DNA of 64,000 bases, from assembly GCA_965279525.1 (NCBI GenBank), contig CBDIIB010000005.1, positions 1,536,001 to 1,600,000 of the forward strand, written 5' to 3'. Origin of the DNA: Tagaea sp. GTDB lineage: Bacteria > Pseudomonadota > Alphaproteobacteria > CACIAM-22H2. Each line of letters starts with the position of its first letter. Position 1 is the first letter of the stretch. The notes below the pieces were generated by a model that did no database searches, was not told the DNA's origin, and was given only the letters and a program-made list of their open reading frames with translations. The position numbers were made by a program, and so were the translations under genes. Below are positions 23,208 through 34,125 of the stretch, one piece after another.

Positions 23208-24266
23208 TCAGATCGCTTCCAGATCGTTCCACGCCTGGTCGGCGAGGCCGCGCAGGCGCTGGCCTTCGATGCGCCCTGCGAAGGCATAGGCATAGCCGCC
23301 GCGATGCCAGTGGACGACGTTGACGTCCTGGCGCCGGTCGGCGCGCGGGGCCTGTTCGCGCCGCTCGGAAAACGCGATCACGAGACCGACCACTTCGTTG
23401 GAACTGTTCTTGTAGAGAAGCTGGGCCGCGGGCCTTCCGCCGACGATCAGCATGCGCCCGCCCTGCAACGCGAAGCCCTGCGCCGTCAGGTCGGGCAGTG
23501 CGAGGTTGCGGTTGAGCCTGGCGCCGAACCATTTGCCCAGCTCCGGCATGTCTTCGGTCGTGAAGTCGACGAGCAGGCGCCCTTCGCTGGCTTGCGTGGC
23601 TTCCGCGACGTTGTAGAAGCCTGCCACGTTGTCGAGCCAGCGGTCTGTCGAGGCAAGTTCGAGCCCGCCGATCTGCGGCTGGATGCGCCCCGTGAACACG
23701 CCGCCGGCCCCCAGCATCACGAACAGGGCGACCGATGCGGCGACCGCCCATGCCAGCGGCCGCCGGATGGTGCCGGCTTTCGCGCGCGGGCGAAATGCCG
23801 CGACATTGCCGCCGGCTTGCGTGTCGCGCACGGCGGCAATCAGGCGGGCGGGAACGGGCTCGTCGACGACCGGGGCATAGGCGGCGCGCGCCATCATCGC
23901 GGTGCGGCGGAAGGATTCGATGCGTGCGGCAATGTCGCGGCGCGATGCGGCCGCCTTGGCGACGCGCGCGGACGCGAGCGCATCCAGCGCGCCGTCGGCA
24001 TAGGCCATCAGCGTTTCGTCGTCGAAACCCGGGTCGGCGGCGACGGGCGCGTTGCGCACCGCGTCGACCAGGCGCTGGGGGACGGGTTCGTGCAGCACCT
24101 CGTTCATCGCCGCATGGGCGAGGGCCGCGATGCGCCGGAACATCGCCACGCGCGCGGCGAGGCGCGCATCGGCGGCAAGGGCCGCCTCGAGCGCGCGCTG
24201 TTCGCCCGCGTCGGCCGTGCCGTCCGCGTAGCGCATCAGCATCTCGTCGTCGAAGCTGCGGTCCAT
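23208..24266 (-). CDS. Transmembrane anti-sigma factor with a duplicated N-terminal domain
   Basis: Lies downstream of an ECF sigma. Two L(M)xYADG...EPVPxRL units, a TM helix (WAVAASVALF) and a periplasmic PDL...GFALQGGR...AQLLY domain. Confidence 0.85.
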   Translation of the reverse strand: MDRSFDDEMLMRYADGTADAGEQRALEAALAADARLAARVAMFRRIAALAHAAMNEVLHEPVPQRLVDAVRNAPVAADPGFDDETLMAYADGALDALASARVAKAAASRRDIAARIESFRRTAMMARAAYAPVVDEPVPARLIAAVRDTQAGGNVAAFRPRAKAGTIRRPLAWAVAASVALFVMLGAGGVFTGRIQPQIGGLELASTDRWLDNVAGFYNVAEATQASEGRLLVDFTTEDMPELGKWFGARLNRNLALPDLTAQGFALQGGRMLIVGGRPAAQLLYKNSSNEVVGLVIAFSERREQAPRADRRQDVNVVHWHRGGYAYAFAGRIEGQRLRGLADQAWNDLEAI

Positions 24267-24285
24267 GAAACGCGTACCCTTCTTC

Positions 24286-24831
24286 CTATTCTGCAGGCGA
24301 AGCGAGCGACGAGCCGGTTTCGCCGAGCATGCGCGCGAGAGCGGTCCGCGCGCGGGCGAGACGGCTCATCACCGTCCCGATCGGGATGTCCAAGGCCGAG
24401 GCGGCCTCCTTGTAGCTCTGCCCTTCGACGCACACGAGCGTGAGTACCGCACGCTGGTCGTCGGGCAGTTTTGCCATCGCCGCGCGCACGGCCTCGTAGG
24501 TCATGTGCGCCTCGATGCCGCGCCCGCCGTCGAAGGCGAGCTCGTCTTCCACCATGTCCGCATCGATCCGGCCTTCGCCGGTGCGGACCTTGTTCGCGCG
24601 CCGGTCGTCCAGCCAGATCGTCTGGACGATGCGGAACATCCAGCTGTCCAGCCGCGTGCCGGGCTGGTACTGGTCGATCCGGGTAAGGGCGCGTTCGCAC
24701 GCGGCCTGCACCAGATCGTCGGCCTGGTCGGGTGCCCCCGCCAGCCCGCGCGCGAAACGGCGCAGGCGCGGCAGCAGGGCCACCATCTCCTCGCGGATCT
24801 GCCGGATCGTGTCGTCGTTCACGACGCGCAC
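24286..24831 (-). CDS. ECF sigma factor (sigma-70 ECF subfamily)
   Basis: LPRLRRFARGL, ADDLVQ, SWMFRI and SYKEAA...GTVMSRLARAR motifs. Confidence 0.93.
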   Translation of the reverse strand: MRVVNDDTIRQIREEMVALLPRLRRFARGLAGAPDQADDLVQAACERALTRIDQYQPGTRLDSWMFRIVQTIWLDDRRANKVRTGEGRIDADMVEDELAFDGGRGIEAHMTYEAVRAAMAKLPDDQRAVLTLVCVEGQSYKEAASALDIPIGTVMSRLARARTALARMLGETGSSLASPAE

Positions 24832-24855
24832 CGGAAGATTGCGGCTCGACAGCAG

Positions 24856-24882
24856 GACAACGGCAGCACTTCGGGTTTATTC
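24856..24882 (-). promoter_or_regulatory. Putative autoregulatory ECF promoter
   Basis: Minus strand GAATAAA-N13-CGTTGTC, about 25 nt upstream of the ECF gene; GAA...CGTT is ECF-like. Confidence 0.5.
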
Positions 24883-24993
24883 GGCACGGTTACGGCTTCC
24901 CCCGGGACTGTGGCCGATCCGCCACATTCTGGCGGACCGACGGAAGCGCAAATAAACCCCAAGGGCGGCGGAAAGTCGAGGAAAGACGGGGTT

Positions 24994-25535
24994 TTAGCGC
25001 GGCGTCTCGCCGTCGGTCGGCGGCGGCGTCGGGGTCGGGGTCGGCAGGAAAGCCGCGGGAATTTCCGGCGGCGTGTCGGGCTGGCTGTCGCCGCGCCAGT
25101 AGACGACGAGGAAGCGCCCGTCCGCCTCGCGCAGATAGACCTGCCAGTCGTCCCAGATTTCGGCCGCACAGCTGCCCTGCGCCGGGCAGCGGCGGACCTG
25201 CGCTTCGACCAGCAGGAAGCCCGGGCGGAACCAGCCGAGATGGCGCGTGTCCTCGGTGATGTCCTCGGGCCGGATCGTGCTCGTGCGCTCGACCGCGAAC
25301 TCCAGCGCCTGCGGCTGTTCGACGAGCTTCGGGATTTCGGTGAGACCGACGATCGCGCACACCTCGTCCGACAGGCGTGCCGCACAGGCGAAGAAAAGGG
25401 CGGTGGCGCACCGCGCGCTGTCGGGCTGGCCCGTGCATGCAAGCTCGCCGTCGAGTGCGGCACGAGCCGGCGCTGCAGGCGTCTGCGCATGCGCGCTGCC
25501 GACGCCAAGAAGCAGGACGAGGGCAAGCACCCGGA

Positions 25536-25539
<4 letters not shown>
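24994..25539 (-). CDS. Secreted Cys-containing hypothetical protein
   Basis: Signal peptide [18 protein letters not shown]; six Cys; Pro/Thr-rich tail; ATGA overlap with the upstream ATPase gene. Confidence 0.75.
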
Positions 25540-27014
<1,475 letters not shown>

Positions 27015-27042
27015 GGACCGGACTTTATCCTGCCCGGCGGGC

Positions 27043-27083
27043 AAAGAAAAACCCCGCAGGCCTTGGGGGCCGGCGGGGTTCCT
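27043..27083 (-). terminator. Rho-independent terminator after gcrA
   Basis: Minus strand AACCCCGCCGGCC-CCCAA-GGCCTGCGGGGTTTTTCTTT. Confidence 0.75.
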
Positions 27084-27114
27084 CGACGAAGCAACCTTAC
27101 GGGCGGATCAACAC

Positions 27115-27609
27115 TCAGGCGGCTTCGGTCTTGGGCTTCATCTTGACGTAGGCGATGGACGCGTGCGCCGAGCAGTAGGGCTTGCTCTCGAGCGAACGCT
27201 CGCCGCAGAAGTGGAAATCGGCATCGCCCGGATCGCCGATCGGCCAGCGGCAGGTGCTGGCCGACAGCGCCATCATCGGCAGGCGCTTGGCCGATGGCTG
27301 GTTGGCGAGCGCCTTCAGGGCTGCCGCACTCGTCTGCTGGGCGGCGGTGGCGATGCGCGGTTCGCGCGGGGCCTGCGGCAGGCGCGGCGCGCTGGGCTGC
27401 GACGGGCGCGAGGCGGCCGTCTGGCGGAATATCTGCGGGCGCGGGCCGGTGCGCTTGATCGGCGACGGACGGGCCGGCAGGTGCAGGCGGTGCGCCTTGC
27501 CGACGACGGCGTTCTTGGAGATGCCGAGGCGCTTGCCGATCTCGGCGGTGGTCAGCCCCTCGCCCCACAAGCGCGTGAGCTCCGAAATCTGCTCGGGTGT
27601 CCAATCCAT
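27115..27609 (-). CDS. gcrA: Cell cycle regulator GcrA
   Basis: MDWTPEQISELTRLWGEG..AEIG..LG.SKNAVVGKAHRL and C-terminal CRWPIGDP..FHFCG..PYCSAH. Confidence 0.95.
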   Translation of the reverse strand: MDWTPEQISELTRLWGEGLTTAEIGKRLGISKNAVVGKAHRLHLPARPSPIKRTGPRPQIFRQTAASRPSQPSAPRLPQAPREPRIATAAQQTSAAALKALANQPSAKRLPMMALSASTCRWPIGDPGDADFHFCGERSLESKPYCSAHASIAYVKMKPKTEAA

Positions 27610-27657
27610 TGCGCCATCCCCTTGATTTATCGTCGGATTATAAGATCGGCTAGGGAT

Positions 27658-27768
27658 TGTGGATAACTCCACTGTTCCCACAACATATTGTGATATTCGC
27701 GACCCGATGAGTCAAGCCCCCGCCACAAGGGGTTGTGGGTAACTGCCTACATATAGAGTCGCAGAGTC
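27658..27768 (-). promoter_or_regulatory. gcrA promoter: sigma70 -35/-10, DnaA boxes, NrdR-like boxes and GANTC sites
   Basis: Minus strand TTGACT (27710-27715), N17, CACAAT (27687-27692). Perfect DnaA box TTATCCACA at 27658-27666. CACAA-N4-TTGTG at 27679-27692 and 27724-27737. Three GAGTC sites. Confidence 0.7.
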
Positions 27769-27817
27769 GCCCGGCCGCGATTGCGCTGCAGTGCAAAGTG
27801 TGAAATTGGGGATGCGC

Positions 27818-28810
27818 ATGATTTTCGCGTACATCCCGCATGACGGCCTCATCGAGCGCCGCACGATCGGCCCCGACGACAAGCTGCCGACCTCGGCGCT
27901 GTGGATCGACCTGTTCGAGCCGACCGACAGTGACCGCGCGCGCGTCGATGCCGCGTTCAACCTCGCGATCCCGACACACGCCGAGATGCTGGAGATCGAA
28001 CCCTCCGCGCGCCTCTATTCGGAGAACGGGGCCGTCTACATGACGGCGACGATCCTGGCGCGCGCCGATGAGATGAACCCGACGGCCGACGCCTTCACGT
28101 TCGTGCTCGCCAACCGCAGTCTCGTCACGGTGCGCTACCACGATCCGCGCCCGGTCAACACGTATGGGGCGCGCATCGTGCGCCTGCCGGCGACCTGCAC
28201 GTCGGGCGAGGAGGCGCTGCTGGGCCTGCTCGAGGCGTTCGTCGACCGCATCGCCGACATCCTCGAGAAGGCGGGCCTCGACCTCGACGCGATCTCGCGC
28301 GGCATCTTCGGGCGCACGAACCCGTCGACGCGGCAGGCCGAACACGAGCAGGACATGCAGCAGGTGCTGCGCCAGCTCGGCCGGATCGAGGACATCTGCT
28401 CGACCGCGCGCGAGAGCATGCTGGGGCTCGTGCGCCTCGTGCGCTTCCTCGACGTGTCGGTCGACGCGGAAACCAAGAAGCGCGCCAAGGAGATCGGTGC
28501 CCGCGTCAAGACGCTCAACCGCGACTTGACCTCGCTGATGGAGCACGCGGATTTCGACAGCCGCAAGGTCAACTTCCTGCTCGATGCCACGCTCGGGCTC
28601 ATCAACATCGAGCAGAACCGCATCATCAAGCTGTTCTCGGTCGTGTCGGTCGTGCTGATGCCGCCAACGCTGGTCGGCACCGTCTACGGCATGAACTTCC
28701 GTGCGATGCCCGAGCTCGACTGGAGCTTCGGCTATCCGATGGCGATATGCGTGATGCTCGCGTCCGCGATCCTGCCCTATCTCTATTTCAAGAAGCGCGG
28801 CTGGTTCTGA
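27818..28810 (+). CDS. corA: Magnesium/cobalt transporter, CorA family
   Basis: WIDL, EIEPSARLY, INIEQNRIIK, PPTLV..YGMNF..MPEL and FKKRGW motifs. Confidence 0.93.
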   Translation: MIFAYIPHDGLIERRTIGPDDKLPTSALWIDLFEPTDSDRARVDAAFNLAIPTHAEMLEIEPSARLYSENGAVYMTATILARADEMNPTADAFTFVLANRSLVTVRYHDPRPVNTYGARIVRLPATCTSGEEALLGLLEAFVDRIADILEKAGLDLDAISRGIFGRTNPSTRQAEHEQDMQQVLRQLGRIEDICSTARESMLGLVRLVRFLDVSVDAETKKRAKEIGARVKTLNRDLTSLMEHADFDSRKVNFLLDATLGLINIEQNRIIKLFSVVSVVLMPPTLVGTVYGMNFRAMPELDWSFGYPMAICVMLASAILPYLYFKKRGWF

Positions 28811-28813
28811 GCG

Positions 28814-29698
28814 TCAGCGCGGCGGTGCGGCCAGTGCGCGTTTGCTGATCCAGCCGGCGACGTTGCTGGCCGGCACCGACACCAGCATCCATTCGCCCGT
28901 GTCCTCGGCGACCAGGGCCCGGTGCGTGCCGGCCGGCAGCAGGCCGCGCTGCTCGCATTGCGTGCCGGCACAGCGGCGCACGTTGACGTTTCCGGAAAGG
29001 CGCAAGGCGCGCAGCTCGGGATCGGCCGCCGGCGGTGCGACCGGCGCGGGCGGGGCCAGCAGCACGGGGCGCGGGCCGCCGGGTGGGGCGAGTGCGAGGG
29101 CGCGCGTGCCCATCAGCGGCAACGCGAGCCGCCCATCGCCGAGCTGGGCGACCGCCTGGATGCGCGGATTTTCGCAGCGCGGCAGGTGCGCCACCGCAAG
29201 CTTCGCGCGCCAGCCCGAGATCGCGAGATTGGGGTGTGCGGCGCGCGCCACGTCGGCGCGCGGCAGGTCGACCTTGACCGACGCGACCACCTCGCCGCAC
29301 ACCGCGATCGCGACGTTGCGTGCGCGCCAGCCAAGCTCGCTGTCGCCGGCCCAGCCCGAGATCTCGATGAGTGCCGCGTCGCCGAGCGGTCCGCCGGCAT
29401 CGGCAGACGCATCGATCCAGCCGCCGGCCGCCTGGCCGACGCGCCACGCCGTCAGCGGATAGGTGCGCTCGGCGCTGTCCACGACGATCGCCGGTGCCGC
29501 CGGTGCCGGCATCGGTGCGGCGACGACGGGTGCGGGTGCGGGGGCCGGTACTGGTGCCGGCGGCGGCGGTGTCGCGACGACGGCGGCGACTTGTGGCAGC
29601 GGGACGGGTTCGCTCTCGACGAGCCAGTAGCTGGTCGCGCCTGCGCCCGCCAGGATGGCGATGGCGACCAGGAGCCAGATCCGGCTGAGCGAGTTCAT
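28814..29698 (-). CDS. Membrane-anchored periplasmic hypothetical protein with a C-terminal SH3b-like domain
   Basis: N-terminal TM helix, Pro/Ala linker, GWA..RADVA..SGW beta domain and NVRRCAGTQC..W..V..GWIS at the C-terminus. Confidence 0.7.
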   Translation of the reverse strand: MNSLSRIWLLVAIAILAGAGATSYWLVESEPVPLPQVAAVVATPPPPAPVPAPAPAPVVAAPMPAPAAPAIVVDSAERTYPLTAWRVGQAAGGWIDASADAGGPLGDAALIEISGWAGDSELGWRARNVAIAVCGEVVASVKVDLPRADVARAAHPNLAISGWRAKLAVAHLPRCENPRIQAVAQLGDGRLALPLMGTRALALAPPGGPRPVLLAPPAPVAPPAADPELRALRLSGNVNVRRCAGTQCEQRGLLPAGTHRALVAEDTGEWMLVSVPASNVAGWISKRALAAPPR

Positions 29699-29700
29699 CG

Positions 29701-30762
29701 CTATCCCTTGAGATACATGTCCGGATCGAGCTGGAGGCTGCGCGCGAGTTCGGCAAGCTGGGCCCAGTTGCCGGCATCGATCGGGATGGACGACGCGCGC
29801 GCGGCGCGCGCACGCCGTTCGGGCTCGCCCGGCAGCATCACGTCGCCGGGGCTGGATTTGAGCCAGGCTTCCAGCTTCGCGGCCTCGCCGGCGATGTACT
29901 CGGATGTACCCAGGGCGGCCGGATCGATGGCGACCGCGATCGCGTTGTTGGTGATGCGCCGCGTGGTCGGCGGCAGGCTCGCGATGGTGCCCCCGCCGCC
30001 GAGCGCGCCTGAGAACAGCTCGATGAGTGCGGAGAGCGCGTAGCCCTTGTGCGCCGCCATCGTCAGCAGCGCGCCCGACGGCCGGTCCTCGCGGAACATG
30101 ACACCCGGATCGTTGGTCGGCTTGCCGTCGGAATCGATCAGGATGCCGTCGGCGACCGGCACGCCCTTGTTGAACGCGACGCGCACCTTGCCGACCGCGA
30201 TCTGGCTCGTCGCCATGTCCGCGATGATGGGCACGCCACCTTTGACCGGCAGCCCGAGGCAGATCGGGTTGGTGCCAAGCCGCCCTTCGCGTCCGCCGGT
30301 GGGGGCGACCTTCGCATCCACGCCCGCGACGTCGACGACGAAGAACGAGGCCAGCCCGTGGCGCGCGGTCTGCTCGGCCCACGCCCCGATGCGCCCGATA
30401 TGGTGCGTGTTGCGAAGTGCGAGCACTGCCGCGCCGGCTTCCTTCGCCTTGGCGCACAGAAGGTCGGTCGCCGCCGCCATGATCGTCTGGCCATAGCCGC
30501 GGTTGCCGTCGACCACGAGCGTGGCGGCCGTCTGCGAGACGACCGTCGGCTTCATGCCGAGTGCCAGCACGCCGCGGCGCACCGCGTCGATATAGATCGG
30601 CAGCATGCCCACGCCGTGCGAGTCGTGCCCTGTCAGGTTCGCATCGACGAGATTGTCGGCGACGGCCTTGGCTTCCGCCGCGTCCGAGCCGGAGGCCCGG
30701 CAGATCGCGGCCCCCAGTTCGCGCAGGCGGGCGGGCGAGATCGAGATGTCGGTATCGGCCAT
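29701..30762 (-). CDS. Ldh_2 family (malate/lactate/ureidoglycolate) dehydrogenase, HcxB/YbiC-like
   Basis: GHDSHGV, HHIGRIG, GTNPI, DMATS, HKGYAL and PGEPE motifs. Confidence 0.9.
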   Translation of the reverse strand: MADTDISISPARLRELGAAICRASGSDAAEAKAVADNLVDANLTGHDSHGVGMLPIYIDAVRRGVLALGMKPTVVSQTAATLVVDGNRGYGQTIMAAATDLLCAKAKEAGAAVLALRNTHHIGRIGAWAEQTARHGLASFFVVDVAGVDAKVAPTGGREGRLGTNPICLGLPVKGGVPIIADMATSQIAVGKVRVAFNKGVPVADGILIDSDGKPTNDPGVMFREDRPSGALLTMAAHKGYALSALIELFSGALGGGGTIASLPPTTRRITNNAIAVAIDPAALGTSEYIAGEAAKLEAWLKSSPGDVMLPGEPERRARAARASSIPIDAGNWAQLAELARSLQLDPDMYLKG

Positions 30763-30764
30763 GG

Positions 30765-32468
30765 TCAGGCCACCCATTCGCTGACAGGGGCTTTCGCCTC
30801 GTGCAGCGGCTGGCAGATCACGTCGACCAAAGTCGGGCCGCCGTGCGCGAACGCCTCAGCAAGGGTAGCATTGAGTTTCGTCGGATCTTCCACGCGCCAG
30901 CTCCTGATGCCGAACGCGGCCGCGACGGCCGCATGGTCGGTCCGGTTGAAATCGACCGAGAAATAACGCCCGCCATAGCCGGTCTTCTGCCCGGCCTTGA
31001 TCCAGCCATAGACGGCGTTGGACACGACGACGAGCGTGACCGGCAGCCCCAGCCGCGCGATCGTCTCCATCTCGCCGCACGCGAAGCCGAAGCTGCCGTC
31101 GCCCATGACGGCCACGCACTTGGATTGCGGGCGCGCGATGGCGGCGCCGACGACCGCGGGCAGCGAATAGCCAAGGGCCCCGTGCGCGCGGTTCGTCACG
31201 AACCAGCGCCCTGTCCGACGCTTGGGGTAGAACGCCGAGAAATACGGGCACGGCGTGCCCGGGTCGGCGACGATGACGGCATCCTCGGGCAGCAGGGCCG
31301 CCATTTCGGCGACGAGCCGCTCGGGCTTGATCGGCGTGTCGTTGCTCTGTGCCAGCACTTCGAACGCCGCCGCCCGCTCGGCCCGCGCGTTCGCCACGCG
31401 CGATGCGGCATCGCCTGCGTTCTTCGCCTTGCCCAGGGCGGCAACGATGCCGGCAAGTGCGAGCTTCGCGTCGCCCACCACACCGGCCTTGGTCGGATAG
31501 ATGGCCCCGATCACGGCGGGATCGACATCGACATGCACGATGGGCGTGCCCTTGGCCGGGAAGCGCCAGCGCTCGGTCGTGACGGAGCCCGCCCGGCAGC
31601 CGACGAACAGCACGAGATCGGCCGCCTCGACCAACGCGCGCGTCGGCAGCGTCCCGCCGTTCGAGCCGACCACGCCGGCCGACAGCGGATGCGAATCCGC
31701 GATGGAACCCTGGCCCGAGATCGTGACGAGCACGGGGGCGTCGAGCCGTTCGGCCAGCGCCTGCAGTTCGCCCTGCGCGCCCGAGATCACCACGCCGCCG
31801 CCCACGACGATGACGGGGCGCTTCGCTTCCGCCAACGCGCGTGCCGCGCGTTCGATGTCGGCGGGATCGGGTGCCACGCGATGCGAGGGATAGGTGCCGT
31901 GCGCCGGCTCGCCCCACATGTCGGCCTCGTCGACCGGGTCCTTCTGCACGTCGTAGGGCAGGCCCAGATGGACGGCCCCCGGCCGGCCGCTCGTCGCCTC
32001 GCGGAACGCGCGGCGCACGATCGACGGGATGTCGACGGCGCGGTCGATCACCGCGTTCCACTTGGTCACGGGCTTGAACAGCGCCTTCTGGTCCAGTTCC
32101 GTCAGCGTGTATTTGCCGCGCGAGGAGACCGAGATGTCGGTCGTGACCGCGAGCATGGCGACGGACGATTCGTTCGCCTCCGCGACCGCCGGCAGGATGT
32201 AGGTGGCCCCGCCGCCCGACGGCCCTTCGCACACGCCGACCTTGCCGGTCAGGCGCGCATAGGTGTCGGCCATGTAGCCGGCCGAGCGTTCGTCGCGCGT
32301 CAGGATATGGCGGATGCCGTGGCCGCCGGGCCCGCCGAGGCGGGCGAGCGCGTCATAGAGCGGCAGGCTGGTGTCGCCGCACAGACCGAAAACGTGGTCC
32401 ACACCATGGGCCGCAAGAAGTTTCACGAAAGCTTCGGCGCCGCCGAGCCTGTTGCCGGATCCGTCCAT
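30765..32468 (-). CDS. Thiamine pyrophosphate-binding enzyme (acetolactate synthase-like)
   Basis: RDERSAGYMAD, SGRPGAVHL and TPP motif GDGSFG...SN. Confidence 0.9.
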   Translation of the reverse strand: MDGSGNRLGGAEAFVKLLAAHGVDHVFGLCGDTSLPLYDALARLGGPGGHGIRHILTRDERSAGYMADTYARLTGKVGVCEGPSGGGATYILPAVAEANESSVAMLAVTTDISVSSRGKYTLTELDQKALFKPVTKWNAVIDRAVDIPSIVRRAFREATSGRPGAVHLGLPYDVQKDPVDEADMWGEPAHGTYPSHRVAPDPADIERAARALAEAKRPVIVVGGGVVISGAQGELQALAERLDAPVLVTISGQGSIADSHPLSAGVVGSNGGTLPTRALVEAADLVLFVGCRAGSVTTERWRFPAKGTPIVHVDVDPAVIGAIYPTKAGVVGDAKLALAGIVAALGKAKNAGDAASRVANARAERAAAFEVLAQSNDTPIKPERLVAEMAALLPEDAVIVADPGTPCPYFSAFYPKRRTGRWFVTNRAHGALGYSLPAVVGAAIARPQSKCVAVMGDGSFGFACGEMETIARLGLPVTLVVVSNAVYGWIKAGQKTGYGGRYFSVDFNRTDHAAVAAAFGIRSWRVEDPTKLNATLAEAFAHGGPTLVDVICQPLHEAKAPVSEWVA

Positions 32469-32625
32469 TTTAAGGCTGTTCCCCCTCACGCGAAGGCCGC
32501 ATCGGGCCACGCGGCAGGCATGACTGTCAACCGGGCGCTTTGGCGTTTGCGATGGCCCAAGAAACCCTTATTCTCCGCTCCCCAAGCGCCGGCCTCACAC
32601 GGCGCAAGATCGCGGAGCAGCAACC

Positions 32626-34119
32626 ATGAAGACCCTCGGCCATTTCGTTTCCGGCAAGTCGGTTCCCGGCACGTCCGGGCGCACCGGCGCCGTTTTCAAC
32701 CCGGCGACCGGCGAGCAGCAGGCCGCCGTGGCGCTCGCCAGTGCCGCCGAGGTCAACGCCGTCGTCGCCGATGCCGCCGCCGCCTACGAGGGCTGGTCGA
32801 CCACGCCGCCGCTGCTGCGCGCGCGCGTGCTGTTCAAGTTCAAGGAACTGCTGGAAAAGCGCCGCGACGACATCGCGAAACTCATCACCGCCGAACACGG
32901 CAAGACCTTCGAGGACGCCAAGGGCGAACTGGTGCGCGGGCTCGAGGTCGTCGAGTTCGCGTGCGGCATCCCGCATCTGCTGAAGGGCGAGTTCACCGAC
33001 AATGTGGGCCGCAACATCGACAGTTTCTCGGTGCGCCAGTCGCTGGGCGTCGTTGCCGGCATCACGCCGTTCAACTTCCCCGTCATGGTGCCGATGTGGA
33101 TGTTCCCGGTCGCCATCGCGTGCGGCAACACGTTCATCCTGAAGCCGTCGGAGAAGGACCCGAGCCCCGGCCTGCTGCTGGCGGAAATCGCGCTCGAAGC
33201 CGGCCTGCCGCCGGGCGTGCTCAACGTCGTCAATGGCGACAAGGAAGCGGTCGACACGCTGCTCAACCACCCGAAGATCCAGGCGATCAGCTTCGTCGGC
33301 TCGACGCCGATCGGCGAGTACGTCTACAGGACGGGTGCCGCGAGCGGCAAGCGCGTGCAGGCCCTGTGCGGTGCGAAGAACCACATGGTCGTGATGCCCG
33401 ACGCCGACATGGACCAGGCGACCGACGCGCTGATGGGGGCGGGCTACGGCTCGGCCGGCGAACGCTGCATGGCGATCTCGGTCGCCGTTGCGGTCGGCAA
33501 GGCCGGGGACGCGCTGATGGAACGCCTCATCCCGAAGGTCTCGGCGCTTAAAGTAGGCCCCGGCATGGACCCGACGAGCGAGATGGGCCCGCTCGTCACC
33601 AAGGAACACCTCGCCAAGGTGAAGGGCTATGTCGATATCGGCGTGAAAGAGGGCGCGACGCTCGCGGTCGACGGGCGCGGCCTCAAGCTGCAGGGCTACG
33701 AGGGCGGCTACTTCATCGGCGGCACGCTGTTCGACAACGTCACGCCCGACATGCGCATCTACAAGGAAGAGATCTTCGGCCCCGTGCTGTCGGTCGTGCG
33801 CGCGAAGAACTTCGACGAGGCACTCAAGCTCGTCAACGACCACGAATACGGCAACGGCACCGCGATCTTCACGCGCGACGGCGACAGCGCGCGCACGTTC
33901 CAGCAGAACGTGCAGGCCGGCATGGTCGGCATCAACGTGCCGATCCCGGTCCCGATGGCCTTCCACAGCTTCGGCGGCTGGAAGCGCTCGATCTTCGGCG
34001 ACCGCAACGCCTATGGCCCCGAGGGCGTCGGCTTCTACACGAAGCTCAAGACCACGACCGCGCGCTGGCCGACGGGGCTGCGCGCCGGGGCGGAGTTCGT
34101 GATGCCGACGATGAAGTGA
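32626..34119 (+). CDS. mmsA: CoA-acylating methylmalonate-semialdehyde dehydrogenase
   Basis: ITPFNFP, KPSEKDP, FVGST, GAKNH, GERCMA, EEIFGPV and GINVPIPVP motifs. Confidence 0.95.
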   Translation: MKTLGHFVSGKSVPGTSGRTGAVFNPATGEQQAAVALASAAEVNAVVADAAAAYEGWSTTPPLLRARVLFKFKELLEKRRDDIAKLITAEHGKTFEDAKGELVRGLEVVEFACGIPHLLKGEFTDNVGRNIDSFSVRQSLGVVAGITPFNFPVMVPMWMFPVAIACGNTFILKPSEKDPSPGLLLAEIALEAGLPPGVLNVVNGDKEAVDTLLNHPKIQAISFVGSTPIGEYVYRTGAASGKRVQALCGAKNHMVVMPDADMDQATDALMGAGYGSAGERCMAISVAVAVGKAGDALMERLIPKVSALKVGPGMDPTSEMGPLVTKEHLAKVKGYVDIGVKEGATLAVDGRGLKLQGYEGGYFIGGTLFDNVTPDMRIYKEEIFGPVLSVVRAKNFDEALKLVNDHEYGNGTAIFTRDGDSARTFQQNVQAGMVGINVPIPVPMAFHSFGGWKRSIFGDRNAYGPEGVGFYTKLKTTTARWPTGLRAGAEFVMPTMK

Positions 34120-34125
34120 CGGCGC

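Noticed and set aside
27610-27817. Possible chromosomal replication origin (DnaA boxes, AT-rich DNA, GANTC sites)
   Set aside because: Only one perfect and one near-perfect DnaA box in about 200 bp, no clear unwinding element and no oriC-typical neighbours; better explained as the gcrA promoter.
29500-29590. Short GGTGC(G/C) tandem-like repeats
   Set aside because: They encode the Pro/Ala linker of the SH3b protein and are neither a CRISPR array nor an independent repeat element.
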